Shown: one piece after another, positions 17,001 to 34,335 of the stretch | Position numbering within the stretch: the stretch's first letter is position 1 | How the letters are laid out: every line of letters begins with the position of its first letter | Assembly: GCF_009914755.1 (NCBI RefSeq) | Contig: NC_060930.1 | Reading direction: 5' to 3' (one strand) | Source of the DNA: the human T2T-CHM13v2.0 reference genome, Homo sapiens | Length of the DNA: 64,000 nt | The notes under the pieces: model-generated | Databases searched by the model: none | Seen by the model: the letters and a program-made list of their open reading frames with translations, nothing else | What the model was told of the DNA's origin: nothing | Program-made: the position numbers and the translations under genes

Positions 17001-19047
17001 ATTCTCTGGACCAACAGGCTGGTTTTTTTCAGCCTTCAGGCTGTTTTAGGCTTGAGGGTGGGGTTTCACCGGGGGACCCTTAGCTGCCTCCTGTCTCTAT
17101 CAGTATTGATTCTCCCCACATGTAGTAGGCATCCACAAAAAGCAGAAATTGTCACAATAATTGTGTTTAGATATGGATACCTGTTCTATTGGTAGAGCAG
17201 GAAAAGTATCTTTGATGAGCCAGGACCATGAATAAATTTTGTTGAATTCACAAACATACAGATGATTTTTTATTATCTGTAGATAATAGAGGCAGTGTAA
17301 TAAACACTCTCCAAATGTTCCCAACCCATGTGAAATGTCTATACACAACTAAACCTTCATTATTACTTGAAGACAGACAATGCTGAAACAGCTAATAACT
17401 TGGATTAAAAGGAGAAAAATCAACAGATACCAGTGCCCCAGTCCCACTGACTTTCACTTCATCTTAACAAGCAAGGGGGGACTGAGAAAAACTGCAGATG
17501 AGGACTCAGGAGAGAGAGACACTTGCAAAGGGGTCTGAGTGTGGGATGGAGTGAAAGATTAAATCCACCAGAAAGATTATTTCTAAACCACCAGAAATCC
17601 ATTCTAAACATGCTAACATATAATAGGCAGATCAGAGCACATCAGAGCACAATTGTAGAAGACAGATTTCAAAGTAGAGCATCTTAAAGGGCCAGACCTG
17701 TGACTTAAAGGGAAGAACTTTATTTAAAAGGACAAGTTTTATTTAAAGGGAAAGGCAATTTTAAGTGACGGTTTTCCAAAAGCATAACTTCTATGAGAGG
17801 AGAAAGGCAAAAAGGAAGGGATGTAAGTGTACAAAACAGAAAACAAAAAGCACAATATAAAAGTACTTGGAGAAAGCATGGGTGAATTCCTCTTTAACTT
17901 TCGTTGGAGCACAGGCCTTCTGAGGTTAAGTCAAAACCTATAGGCAGTAAAAAATAATTGATTTGATCACATAACAATGAAAAACTTTGCATCACAAAAA
18001 CAGCATAAACAAAGACAGAATATAATTTATCTGGGATAAAATATTCAGAATATTCCAAACACAGACCATGTTTAAATGGCAAATATTTCTAATATATAAA
18101 GAACTCTGAAAGCTTGAAGAATAAGGCTGGGAGCAGCGGCTCATGCCAGTAATCTTGGCACTTTGGGAGACCAGAATGGGTAGATTGCTTTATCATGTTG
18201 GGGTATGTTTCTTTTATACCTAATTTGTTGAGAGATTTTTATAATGAAGAGATATTGACTTTTGTCAGATGCTTTTTCTGCATCTTTTGAGATGATTATG
18301 TGTTTTGAATCCTTTGTTCTGTTAATGTAATATATCACATTTATTGACTTGTGTATATTAAAGCATCAATATATTTATTGGATGAATCCCACTGGATCAT
18401 GGTAAATAATCTTTTTAATGTGGAGTTGAATCCTGATTTCTAGTATTTTATCAAGGATTTTTTGCAGCTATGTTTATCAGGAATATTGGTCTGTAGTTTT
18501 ATCTTTTTGTTGTGTCCTGGTCTAGTTTTGGAATCAGGGCCATACTGGCCCCTTAGAATGAATTAGGAGAGTTTACTCTTTTTCACTTATTTTGGAATCA
18601 TTGCTGAAGTATTGATATTAGTTCTTCTTACACATTTTGCAGAATTCAACAGTGAAGCCATCACATCCCGAACTTTTCTTTGATGGGGAGACTTTTTATT
18701 ATTGCTTCAATCTTGTAACTTCTTATTTGTCTGTTCAGATTTTCTATTTCTTTTTGATTCAGTCTTGATAGGTTTTACGTGTCCAGGAGTTTATTCCTTT
18801 CTTCCAGTTTTTTTTTCAAATTTCTGATGTATAATTATTCATAGTAGGTTCTTATGATCTTTTGTATTTTTGTGGTATCAGTTGTAATGCTTTATTTTTC
18901 ATCTCTAATTTTATCTATTTGAGACGTCTTTCATTTTTTCTTAGACTGGCTAAAGATTTGTTGATTTTTTATCTTTTCAAAAAAACAAATCTTTGTTTCA
19001 TTGATATTTTATACTATTTGTCTCTATTTTACTTATCTGTGCTTTGA

Positions 19048-19344
<297 letters not shown>

Positions 19345-20993
19345 TGTGCTTTGATCTTTATTATTTTTTTCCTCTACTAAATTTGGGCTTAGTTTGTTCT
19401 TGCTTTTTTAGTTTCTTGAGGTGTTCTGTTAGTTTATTTGAGACATTTCTTCTTTTTGGATGTAGATGTTTATTACTATAATTTTCCCTCTAAAAACTAA
19501 TTTTGCTATTTCCCTTAAGTTTTAGTATACTGTATTTCCATTTTCATTTATCTCAATAATATTTTAGAATTCTCCTTTAATTTCTTCATTGACCTGTTGT
19601 TTTTTAGGAGCATGTTTAATTTCCATGTATTTGTACAGTTTTCAAAGAATTTCCTGTTGTTAATTTCTAGTTTTATACCACTATTGTCAGAAAAGGTAAA
19701 TTGATACGATTTTGATTTTTTTTTAATTTGTAAAAACTTGTTTTACCATGGCATAACATGTGGTCTGTCCTAGAGAATGTTCCCTTTGCAGCTGAGAAGA
19801 ATGTGAATTTCTATAGCTGTTGGATGTTCTGTAAATGTCTGGTAGGTCCATTTGATCTTGAGTGCAGTTTGAATCTGATATTCCTTTGTTGATTATCTGT
19901 CTAGACGATCTGTTTACTGCTAAAAGTTGGATACTGAAGTTCCCTACTGTTACTGTATTGCTGTCTATCTCCCTCTTTAGATCTATTAATGTTTGCTTTA
20001 TATATTTAGGTGCCCCAATGTTAAGTGCATATATATAGTTATGATTGTTATATCTTCTTATTTGTATTGACCTCTTTATAATTATATAATGGCCTTGTTT
20101 GTCTCTTCTTATAGTTTTAACTTGAGGTCTATTTTATCTGATATAGGTATAGCTACTCCTGCTTTCTTTTGATTTCCATTTGCATGGAATATTTTTCTCC
20201 ATCCGTTCGTTTTCAGTCTGTGCATTCACTTACAGGTAAAGTGCATCTCTGTAGGCAGCATGAAGTTGGGTCTTATTTTTTAATCCATTGAGCAATTATA
20301 TGTCTTTTAATTAGATAATTTAATTCATCTATATTAAGCATCATTATTGATGGGTGACGGCTTGCTTTTGCTATGTTGTTATGTGTTTTCTGTGTTATGT
20401 GTTTTGTAGAATCTTTGTTTCTTTTTCTCTTACTGTATTCCTTTGTGATTAAGTGATTTTCTCTATTAGCATGTTTTGATCTGGCTATTTTTAATGTATC
20501 TATTAAATGCTTTTGTTTTTTGATTAATACAAGGCTTACTAAAAACATGGCTATAACAGGTTATTTTGAATTGATAGCAATTTAATTTTGATCATAAGAA
20601 GAAATCCACTTTACTTTTTAGTTCCATTACCTCCCCACATTTTGCATTTTTGATGTCTTAATTTATATCTTTTTATATTTCTTATCTCTTAGCAAAGTTT
20701 TGTAATTATTATTTTCATTTGTTTTGTCTTTCAGCCTTCCTATGATGGATGTAAATGGTTCATGTTCCACGATTGTCTTGTTAGAATATTCTGAATTTGC
20801 TTTATATCTTCAGATGTTATTGTGCTAAACATTAGCATTTTTTGGTTTCAGTGTGAAGAACTTCATTTAGTATTTCTTATAAGGCAGGCCTGGTTGCAAT
20901 AAATTTCCTCGGCTTTTTTGTTTGGGAATTTTTTTTATTTCTCTTACTTTTCCGAAATATACTTTTGCTAAGCACAGTATTCTTGGTTGTATG

Positions 20994-20996
<3 letters not shown>

Positions 20997-21033
<37 letters not shown>
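20997..21033. repeat. (TG)n microsatellite
   Basis: About 18 uninterrupted TG units. Confidence 0.97.
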
Positions 21034-21036
<3 letters not shown>

Positions 21037-22105
21037 GTCAGCACTTTTTCTTCATCTAGTTTTCAATGTCTGAATTTGTGACCTTACTATTTCAGTGGGC
21101 TTGTTGAGAAATTCTGAGCAAACTGGCTATTGTATTCTATTTAAGCACTAGAGGGCACCTGATGACCAGGTTAGAAACAAAACTCACAATGACTCCACCA
21201 CTAAAGCTGTTCCAGCTGGATGGGCTGATAGATTTATGGAGGGCTCTCAGGGCCATGTGGGAGAGCCAGTCAGCCTCTAGATTCCAGAGCATCTGTGGAC
21301 TGTGCTTCCCACAGTGTGGCACCCATAAACAGCCTCTCTGGTGTGGGGTCTCTTCTGGCAGGGATGGTGAGCCACTGCCAAGTTCCACTGCTGGCTGCCC
21401 CTAGCCCCACCCCTCCCTTTGACGCGAACTGACTTCTGGTGGTTCAGCCCTGCATCAGTACTTGTGATTCTCCCTGCGGGCTGATGCAGAGTGAATCTCT
21501 CACTGAGGAACCCAGGATAGTGAGGAAGCCTACTGTTCACCTCCATCCAGCTCACTTTTTCACTGTAGAAACTGTGAGTCCAGGGGGATTTTCTGCATGT
21601 GTTTCCATAATGGCTTGTGGAGGACAAGCATCATGATCACAGAGAACCAATTTACTATCCCACCACAATTTTATTCATTTTTGCAGTCCAGGGGGCTTCA
21701 TAATCTCACTCACATGTTCAGGTTCCCTTACCTCTTGTGAAGGTTCTTGTGGATAGTGGTTCAAATTGATGTTCCTGTGGGAGTAAGATGGCTGGAGAGA
21801 TCTACTCTGCCATTTTGCTTTGCCTGCCAGCCAGAAATAGCATTTTTGAAAAGAAAATAATTTGTGCAAAAGTGTGGCAATACAAAAGATAATAAATTAT
21901 AAGAAGTATTTTGACATGTCTAAGTCTATGTGCAGAAATTGTTATAAATAAGACTGTTAAGGTGGTTGTTAACCAGATCATGAAAGCTGACATATAACTT
22001 GATGAGGAAAAGGGAAAAAGAGTAAGAGTTTTAATGATGGGGCTGATATGAGCCAATAAAAGTATATGTTATACTTGGCCAATATATTGTAAATTTTATC
22101 TAGAT

Positions 22106-22335
22106 CAGGGGATGGCAATCTATGGCCCTGGGCCAAATCCAGTCCACCACCTGTTCTCAAAAATAAAATTTTACTGAACCATACCATGCGCATTCACTAA
22201 CATATTGTCTATTGCTTTTTGCCCTACAAAAGCTGGGTAGATTAGTTGATAGAAACCTAATGGGCTACAAAACTTAAAATATTACTTAACTTGTAATTTT
22301 ACTTAAACATTACAAAAAGTTGGATGCTCCCCAGT
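22106..22335. mobile_element. MER58-like hAT/Charlie MITE
   Basis: CAGGGGATGGCAATCTATGGCCCTGGGCCAAATCC...AAATAAAATTTTACTGAACCA resembles MER58A. A related copy in the opposite orientation lies near 24265-24450. Confidence 0.7.
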
Positions 22336-25300
22336 GTAGATTAATAAGCCTATAAGAAAACCCAGGAGTTTTTCTCTTAAAAAAACCCCCCAAACCAGGA
22401 TGGGGCTTCTCTAAACAGATACTAAAATTTGTCATATAGCCACAATCTTTAGACATGCGAGCACTGAGTGATGCACAAGATGGACAGATTACTAGCTCAT
22501 TGGAGTAGAATTTGAAAAACAGTATTTCTGGATGAAAAAATAATCTAGAGATAGATTTTTTGTTTTTTAAAAATAGTATATGATAAATGTACTTTGGAAC
22601 AATGGGGGGAAAGGATTATTACATTTATGTAATTGGGTTCATTGACTAAATATTAGGAAAAAGAAAGAAAGGTGTATCTTTTTCTCAGCTTTATACCAAA
22701 ATAAATTTCGTAAACTCTATTCAGTCATTCCACTTTTAATAACACAATTTAAAGATGTAAAAAGACCCATCGTATTATAGCTTACACAGGAAAGATATTT
22801 TGCAGCAACTTTACTGAATGTTCATTAATGAATTAATGGTTAAATAAATAATGACGTATTTATGTGATGGAGCTTTATACAACTATTTTTAAAATGAAAT
22901 AAATTACAGATAAGTAGGTGATGATACATAGACAGTTGATGGATAGTTAATAGATAGTTGATAGATCTAAAAAGGGAAGATCACGTTTATAATAAATCTC
23001 TTGGAAGCCTTCCAGACCTGGGAAGTAACTGCACCTTCCAGGGCTAGCGAATTTCCAAGAGTGTTAGACAGCTAGCCTGAAATGTGGCTTTCAAATGCAG
23101 ACAGGCCATTTCAAGGCCATCCCCACTTATGTTCTGATGTGACTCTCAAGCACCAAGCCAATGTTTTCCTCCTTCTAAGGCCAGGTACCAGGCAACAAGA
23201 GAACATCCTTATAGTTCTGAGCTTGCCAGAATTGTTCAAACTGGCCAATCCTACACTGTTCGCTCTGCCTTCTTTGTGGAAATCTCACATAAAGGCTCTG
23301 GCCTTTGCCTTCTCCTTGCTCCTGTCATCTGCCTCTTGACCATCCTCACATTTCCTTTGTGGCCCTGTTCCCTTCTCTCAGGTGTGGCATGATCCCTTCT
23401 CTCAGGAAATGTAAGTAATAAATTATTCTTCTAGTGCAACTGGACTTTCTGTATCATCACACAGATATACCTCTCTAAATTAAATACTAGGTGTAATTTC
23501 AGATCAGAGGTGTCTGTGTAGAACCTATCCAGCCATTCTGGTTGGACAAGCCTGAATACCAAACAGATTCTAGCAGATGCCTGACAGAGCAACAGAGGCA
23601 TACATACCCAGGGAAGTAGGTAAGAGGTATAACGAGTGACTGAAATTAAACTGTCAAGTTGCACCTGCAGGAAGCAGGCCAAAAGCCTGTTTAAATTAGT
23701 CATAGCACAGTGAGGCCCAGAGGATTTAGGCTTGATGCAGAGGAGATGGTTAATTCAGAACCTCTGCACTACAACCTGATTTGTGGGCCCAGCCCTTCCC
23801 TGGATGCCTGTGCTTTGTTTTTGTTCTAGTCACAATGAGTTTTCAGAAAACTCTGTCCAAGCCTCACACCTAATTCAACAGATATTTTTTGAGCAGTGAC
23901 CTCATTCCTGGTGCTGTATCAGTACTGTCCTACGATAATGAACAAGGTGGAAAAGAGCTCTGTCTTTGAGATGTTTAACAAAGGATGACTATAAAAATTT
24001 AATCTCTAATGAAAGCAAGTAATTTGAATATGTAATAGAAGAATTTTGTCCTCAAGTTGACTTCTTATTGTAATTTTAAAAATAATTACATAGAGAAGAA
24101 CCAAACACATAAGCAATGCTAGAAACCACTAAAGAAGAATACACTATTTTAATGTCAGTAAACCCCGTCATTGGCATAAGAAGGGTTATGTTATATTAGC
24201 AGGGCAGTGAAAAATTTGTTGTTTTTATCATCAATTATCACGTTTTTACTAACACTGACTTACAGCAGAAGTGGCAAACCTTTTTTGTAAAGGGCCAGAT
24301 AGTAAATATTCTGCTTTTTGGTGGGCAACTCTATTATTGTATCCCAAAACCAGAAATAGACAAGATGTAAACTTATGGATGTGGCCAAGTTCCAATAAAA
24401 CTTTATTTACAAGTGGACAAGATTAGGCCCATAGCTTGCTGACCTGTGCCTTTGAAGTCTTTTAGACAATAGTGACAACACTGATATTTAGAACTCAGCT
24501 TGGCCTATCTAAGAACACGTTATCCTATCATTCTGAATTCAACAGAAAGCTTCATTTTATTGTTCACTGCTCTTGGAAATGATACATTGTATAACTTTTC
24601 ATTTTTTAAAAAAACTGTTTACTGAATATCTGTTAAGCATAAAACTTATGTAATTATCATGAATAAATAAAAATTTTCATTTTTAGGCAGATATTTTTAG
24701 AAAATATCTTAATATTCTTAGGGATATTTCCTTAAGAAAAGTATAGGTTACAAATTATCAAAGTTTGGATAAGACAGTGATATCTCTAGGTTTGGCATAG
24801 CAGCAGAATTAAGGGAAGATTTTATGAAGGATGTGGCATAAAGGTTGGAGCACATTTTTTATTTATACATACAGCTGGTCCTTCCATATAACTTGTTCTA
24901 TCCCAAATACTGGTATGCAAGAGGCACTTGGAAATGTATTGAAGGAAGACAACTGAAGCAATAGACACAGTTAGAGGCTCTAAAGTAATTGTTCCACAGA
25001 AAACAACTACTTCCAGCTCTTCTTATTGTCCTTTGAGCTCATTAATTTTATTTTTCCTATTTAAGTTTCACATTTCTGAGTTTTACATACCTAAAATAAA
25101 AGTTAATTTGTGTGGTATTTTTATTGAGTGAAGAAGTGCTTAGAAAATAATTCTCCATGAATATTTTTGTTTCTTCACAGTCCAGAGGCAGTTGGTGTAT
25201 CTATTAAAGGATGACTTAAAGACAAACATGACTTGGATGTTAGGTAGCACACTGCTCCAGAGAGTAGTTCAACTCTTATCCCTACTGGAATCACTTGTTT

Positions 25301-27269
25301 ACAGTACAGAGTAGCGATCACTCACCCCACCCTCTAGAGTAAAGGTAAGAAGGATGAGATGTCTCTCATTTTGTTTCTCTCTCTCTCCCACCTTTGTCTC
25401 TCGCATGCACCCATGCAGAATAGAATGATACACCAGCTGCTCCATATATGTTCCAAGTCTTACTTTAGGGTTCATCTGCTGTGAGGCAATGCTACTGCAT
25501 GCGAGAGTGAACATCATTTATTGCATTAACCCATGAAAACTGAAGCATGGGAAACGGATGCTAAGGCAATCTGTCAGTAATAAATGGTCTGTTCTCTGAT
25601 CCAGAGGCATCTTCTTTCCTGCTAGAAATTACATATATATGAAATAATGATACTTGAAATTACATATATATATACATACATAAGTATGAAATAATTTTTG
25701 TACATTATGAAGAAATTCTGTAAGAGGACAGAGGGCTGATGGGAATAGATAGCAGACAGATTGTCCAAACTGTATGGTCAATTGGGCAATATATGGGACT
25801 TTGTTTCCTTTTCAGTGTTTCAAGGGATACAATCACAGCTGCCAGGAGGTTATAAATCTTTTATGAAAGTACAAAGTTTGAGTTCATTCACCCTTCTCTA
25901 AATCATTGTAATAGAGTATTGTGGTTCCAAAATAATTAAAAAGCACAAATAAAAACCTATCAATAAATCACAGGTGCACACTTAAATCCTCATACACAAC
26001 AATGTTATCTCTCCTAAATGAGCTTTAACCTGTCAACTTCTCCCTTTCTGAGAGTGGTCCAGCATTTCCAAGTTTTCTAAAGGAATATCTATGGAATCCA
26101 GGACAAACATAGTGTTACCTTTGACCATAGAAGAAATGGTGATGAGTGGTTGTATTCTGGATATTTGAATGTAGTACCAACATAGTTTCTTTATGGATCA
26201 GGTATAGGGTATAACAGGAAGAAGGATGTTATAAGTGATTCCATGATAATTCTTTTTCTTCACTTCCCACTTCCCACTTCTTCACTACTTTTTCTGAACA
26301 ATTCAGTGAAAAATTTATTTGGTAGACAAAAGTAAAAAATTGTGGGAAGGGAGTCATGGTGACAAAACATGGAGATCCAGAGCCTAAGCAGGGTGAAGAA
26401 GTTGTGCTCACAAAAGGGGAGGCCATGTAGGAAAACAGAGTATAAACCTGGACCGGAAGGCATTGCCAGAGAGGGGAGGCCCAGCATGGGGAGTCAGAGG
26501 GCAAGCAGAGTGAAGAGGAAATTCAGCGATAGAGGCCATGTACTACAAGATATTGGAGCCCAAAAAGATGGGTGAGAAGGCATCCATACAGATGAGGAGG
26601 TTATGGCACAGATGATGGATGGAATTATATACAGAAAAATTAAACAAGTACATATTCAAAGCAAATGGAAGCCACATTCTTTCACTGTTAGAGAAGGAAG
26701 ATTCAAACATTGAAAAGTGTGATAACTAAAGTAATTGCTGTGCTATTGGATTGGAATTAGCAATATTGGTGTGAACTCATAATTTGCAATATACATAAAT
26801 TAGATAGATGATGTGTTCTAAATAGATAATGGTAGACACATAGATAGATGGATATAGAGGTGAGTAGATGCATCTACTGAGAGGGATGCATGAATATGAG
26901 CAGGAATATCCCAAAAGTCATAAACAAATCTACCACTCAGGCCTTGACTTCTTCAAAATATTATTTTTCAATAAATGAAACAAAAGTGCCTTAGAGAAAT
27001 GGATAATTCTAGGGATAAGAGAGGTAAAGGATAAAATAAGCTTAAGATACATTCTTGTGCCTGAAAGCAATGAAGTGTTCAAAAATAGATGGATATATTG
27101 TCAAAGGGAGCTTCCACTGGCCAAGACTGAAACAATGGAGTATCAAAATAAATAATAAAGCATGGAAATCCACTGAATAAAATGAAAAACATGAATAGAG
27201 AGATATAAATAAATAAATGAATGTTTTAAATTTTGATGAGAAACAGGATAGATTCAAAGTATCTTCCAC

Positions 27270-27510
27270 ATATACATCTACAATACATATTTATGCTATA
27301 TAATATATAAATACACATGCAAATACATCTATAATACATATACATAATATATAGAATATAACAATACATGTATAACATATAAACATATTAAATATAAAGA
27401 AATATAACAAATATAAGTAACAAATATGGGACATAAGCGATAACAAATAATAATATACAATATTAATACAGATATAAATAAAACATACAGTATAACTGTA
27501 GTTAAAATAT
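27270..27510. repeat. AT-rich low-complexity tract
   Basis: Degenerate TA/TATAA/ACAT repeats. Confidence 0.75.
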
Positions 27511-28584
27511 TGTTCTGCTATTACCTCTATAGTTCAGTCTCAACAGAGAAGCTGGATTTGGTCACTCCTCTGCTCAAAAGCCTTCTCTATGTTCTCCATT
27601 CTATTCCAAGGTTGAAAAAAATGTTCTTACAATGGATTACAAGGGCCTACCCAAACCTATTGCTCTCATTACATCTCCTATTTATTTTTGCCTTGTTCAA
27701 TCATCTTGCTGAAGAAGCCAGATCAACTCCTAATTTCCAACTGCTGTGCTTCCTCTTCCTCTTTGCCTCAAATAATCTTACTCCAGTTATCTTCCTGGCT
27801 CCTTCCCTCTCTTCCTTCACATCTCTGCTGAAATAACTATCCCCAGCAAGACCTCACTAACAAACCTTTTAAAATTGAAGGTGTTCAATATCTTCTAGTA
27901 TTTCTTGTTGCTTTTCTTTAAATTGTTTTTCCCTTAGCATCGCATATTTACTAAGTCTTTCATGGGAGTATAACCTCAATGAGGTCACAGATTTCTAACT
28001 TTTTTTTTTTCCTGGTACAATATAACTAGGGCCTAAGACAGTGTGTCTCACAAAGGAAGTACAAACTAGTATTTATTGAATAAAGAATATTTTCCAGATT
28101 AAATGGGATAAAGTTTCTTATGTGTAAAATATATTCAAAATATTAAAAACAGCTTTCTGTCTAATCTCCCTTCTTTATTAAACTATAAACCAAGGGATCA
28201 TGTATTATTCATTTGTTTTCCCCACAAAACCATTGTCATTAGAGTCACATTGTAGCATTCAATGAATGTGTATTTTAATTGATTGATCAATCAATCAATA
28301 AATTCCTAAATTAATGACTTGATGAAAGACAAGTCTGAATTCTGTAACATTTAATAAGTTTGCCTAGCTGTGTTTTCTTATTTAGTTCTTATCTCCCTGA
28401 TACATATGGTATCAGTGAGTGTCCAGAGATTTTTCCTGCAATTGACAGTTAATAATAATTTCATTGATACAAAAAATAAATCATTCTTTTTGCTTCCTTC
28501 CTTACTTCTTTCTTCCTTGCTTCTTTTTTAGTTACTTTCTCTCTGCCTTATTTAATTTTCAGTCCCTTAGATCCCTTTCTTAGA

Positions 28585-29092
28585 CAGATCGTCTTCAACT
28601 TATGATGGCTTGATTTAAGATTTTTCAACTTTACGATGGTGCAAAAGAGATACATGTTCAATAGAAACCATACTTTGAATTTTGATATTTTCTTGGGCTA
28701 GTGATATATGGTGCTATAGTCTTGCCTGATGGGGGTCAGTGGCAGCGAGCCTCAGTTCCCAGTCAGTCACACAATCACAAGGGTAAACAGCTGACATTCT
28801 ACCGTGTACTATGTTACCAGTATTCAGTTTATTAAATATTGTATTCTGTTTTTGCATCCCATAATGTCTAGAAAATGCCCATCTGTGTATAGTATTCAAT
28901 ACTTTATTATCAAATAAACTTTGTGTTAGATGATTTTGCCCAGCTGTATGCTAATGTAAGTGTTCTGAGCATGTTTAAGGTAGGCTAGGCTAAGCTATGT
29001 TGTTAGGTAAGTTCGGTTAAATGCATTTTTGACTTACAGTATTTTCAACTTATAATGGATTTCTTGGGACATAACCCCTCAAGAAGCATCTG
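28585..29092. mobile_element. MER82-like Tigger-derived DNA transposon
   Basis: Degenerate terminal inverted repeats cagatcgtcttcaacttatgatgg ... aagaagcatctg, with an internal ggtaggctaggctaagctatg motif. Confidence 0.7.
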
Positions 29093-29499
29093 TGCTAAGT
29101 GATTTGATTTATAAATTTTATTAATTTTTTTAGTCCGGTTCATTTTGTTTATGAAATAGAATAGGCAAATATGTTTTTATTCAGCCGTATTAAAAATGGA
29201 AAATAAGTTAAAAATTTAAAATTTAAATTCTGAAAACATTTTGAGTTGGGTATTTTGGATTTATATACTGAGATGGAGTTCGGTGCACGATATATTTATA
29301 GAGATTGACACCCTGGAAGGAAGAGGGGGAAAGAAGTAGAATTGGACAAAGGCACAAGTTGAACTGTGGTGCAGCCCTACAAGACCTCAGCCAACTTAGC
29401 AGGGAGCTCTGGAGGGAATACTGCTGAGTGTGAGCTAGCATGAGGAAACAGCATGACAGAGCCACACACATAAAATCACTTCTTAAAATAATAGTAGAA

Positions 29500-31800
29500 T
29501 GTTCCTCTCTGTGGACCTTACTAGATATTTGCTGGAAAGTTCAGAGACATGTGGGGAACTAAAAAAGCTTCCTTCTTGGTGTAGACATGGAGGAAGAGAA
29601 AAAAGCTGAAATGGTGCACCCCACCTAGATAATTCTCCCCACATCTCCTCGATGGTACAAAGTATTTAAGCTGCTCATAATAAGGTAGCAAGTCCAATTG
29701 CCCTACTTCATCTGGGAAAAGGGTACAGGAAAAGAAAAATCCTAACCCTGGTGGAGGGGCAGGAAGCCAAACAGAATTCAGATAATTGGAAATCCTGCAC
29801 CTCCAGAAGGAAACACAGTCACTGATAAAGTCCTGGGTTGGAGAACTAGTGATATATAGAGCCTGACTATGACTGAGGATGAAGTAATAGAACTGAAGAT
29901 GAACAAGAAAACAGAGGATGACCCTGACTACCTACTCCAGGCCAGCAAGCATCAAATAACAAGTAACAACCTTCTAACATTGGGAGAAGAGGAAACACCA
30001 TGGAGAGAGACCCTCACTGAGGCACAGGCTGATGCAGAAAAAATCTGAAGCTGAGGGTGGAAAATGAGTGTTAGAACAATCTTCCAGCAAGCTAGATTTC
30101 ACCCTAAGCATCAAATAACATGAGAGACAGATTAAGCTAGTGAGGCACTGAGAGTAATAATAGCAGCAAAACACAAAGCCAGCTCGAATCTCCACAAGAT
30201 TTTCTCACCCCTTCCAAACTAAAAGCCCATCAGAATAAGACACCTGCCCCTTACAAGCATAAATATTCTTTACCATGGTTTTTACTGTTCTACATGTGTT
30301 GACTGGCTTTCAACCAAAAATTATGTGTCACATAAAAACGTTAAAAAAATTAATAACCTACTGTCAAGAGACAAAAAAAATCAGCAGAATCAAAGTCATA
30401 TATGACCCAGATGTTGAAACTGTCTGGCAGAGAATTGAAATTAGCTATGATTAAAATATTAAAGGTTTTAGTGGAAAAGGTAGATAGCAGGATGAATAAA
30501 TGGAAAATTTCAACAGAGATATAAAAACTATCAGAGAGAATCACAAAGAAATGTCAGAAGTTAATAGTAAGACCCTCAAACAGTAATAGAGGTGAAAAAT
30601 GTCTTTAATGAGCTCATCAGCAGACTTTACATAGCTGAGGAAAGATCATTGAACTCAAAGACAGGTCAATAGAAATTATTCAAAATAAAACCAAAGAGAA
30701 AAAAATAGTACAAAACCAGAACAGAGAACAAAGGATCTGTAAGATAATATCAAACAATTTAACATTTGTATAATTTAAATCTCAGAAGAAGAAAGGAGAT
30801 AAAATAGGGCAGAAATATTAAGAAAAATTGATAAAGATACTTTTCTAAAAATAAGGAAAGATTCTAATCCCCCAGAGCTAGGAACCTTGGAGAACACCCA
30901 TCAGGATAAATATCTTCTCCCAACATAACTAGGTATATCATACTCAAACTGACATCATCTAAAGATAAAAAGAAAGCATTAAAGGTTAACAAAAGACAAA
31001 TTACACAAAATAAGTGATAGTGTTTCAACAGATATCTCATCAGAAACTATAGACAGCACTAGACTATAGAGTAAAACCTGTGTACTAAAAAAAGAAGAAA
31101 AATTTAATGAGAAATACTTTTTCAGTAAAAAAACAATGCAAACACCACCACAACTGCTACCATGAACATCATCAATATCAAAAACAAAACGAATAATTTG
31201 CTTCTTGCATAAACATGTTACAAGAAAATGTTAGAATTTCTTCAGGAAAAAGAAATTTAGTACCAGACAAAAACTGAAAAAACTGAAGAATGCTAGATAT
31301 AATAAAAAGCAAAGTAAATATAAAGCTCACATACTTATAATTTTAAAGGCCATTGACTATGTAAAGCAAATATGATAGCAATATGTTTATTTCCTATGCA
31401 AAAGTAAAAGTAAAATGTTCCATATATAAAAGTAAAATGCTGCAATCCATAGACAACCAATATGTGTTTTTAAAGTGACCGGAATGACAGCAAGCTATTT
31501 AGATAAAAGGAAATAATAAAAAGTACTCATTGCAAAACAAGGCAAAAAGAGAGAAGGCGATAATAAAGGGACATACCTCTTTGTTGTTGTTAGATTCAAT
31601 CTAAACATATAAAATTAGATTAAACATAAATGAGTTAAACATACAAGTTAAAGTCTGTGATTGTTTGGATAAAAAAATTAAGACTCAATTATATACTGTA
31701 AGCATAAGATAGCTGTAAACATAAAGACAGGATAATTAGGAGATTAATTTTGTGAGAATTCCAGTCTCTAAAATTTTCTACTTAGAAATTTAATTTTCTG
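29500..31800 (+). mobile_element. Ancient L1M 5'UTR/ORF1 remnant
   Basis: A-rich, with L1M ORF1-like motifs (atgacccagatgttgaaactg...; ctcatcagcagactttacatagctgagg; aaagacaggtcaatagaaattatt). Boundaries are approximate. Confidence 0.6.
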
Positions 31801-31859
31801 AAAATAATAGTTCAAATATCAGAATACAAGACACATAAAAAGCATTTTTAAAAAACTCA

Positions 31860-33499
<1,640 letters not shown>

Positions 33500-34335
33500 A
33501 AAAAACTCATCTTTCATGGATTTTTAGGCTATATGTCCTATAAATGTAACTCTCATTATAAAGTTTAAAAAATAATTTGTCCAAACAAATAATTCACTTC
33601 ATAATTTTTCATTATTTGATTTGAACCTCAGGTGTGGATGGGCATCTGTGAACAGTTTGGACATAATTATTCAGTTTGCATATTCCTCCTGAAAACAGTC
33701 CATAGATTCTCTGAATAAAGTGGGGCATTACGGTCGATTTTTCTAGTCTGTGACTATATGAGTGTTAGTTCTTCTCCACAGCTCATTGGAGCCAGTGTGG
33801 TGTGCACACCAAACATAGGGAAACTAATTCAGAGGCTACATTCTACCAGAACAAACGTATCTCCAGGGCATTTGTGTTTTGAAAATGATGCGTCATTTTT
33901 GGGCTGTGAGCCCATAACTCATAAACTGATGTGGACTCTAGAACTTTGGGCAGAAATGATGAACCACATGCACATATATATATCAGGGGAAGAATAAACA
34001 CAATGCACAGAGAGAAGTGAAAATGAATTTTCATGAAGCTCGAGAAATATAAAGAGTATTTTATTTTGGTTCCTGATGATTTTTCAGCTTTTGGTTATAA
34101 TATCCAGTGAAAACTATTTGCTCTTTCATCCTGTTGTTTCCATGCAATATTATTGTAATCTTCGCATAAATTCTCTCCTTTTGTTTCCTAATTTGCTTTA
34201 CTTATTCACTTCATGAAACTAAATTACTGTAATCTTTAATTTAATTTAATTACTAATTTAGATACTGCCAACTACCATTTCCAATACAAAAAGAACAATT
34301 CCTATTGTCTTAAAGCCATAAGTAGAAAACACATA

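Noticed and set aside
22960-23500. Probable old LTR (also about 25200-25620 and 2870-3350)
   Set aside because: LTR-like composition and polyA motifs, but I could not fix termini, TSDs or family with enough confidence to list.
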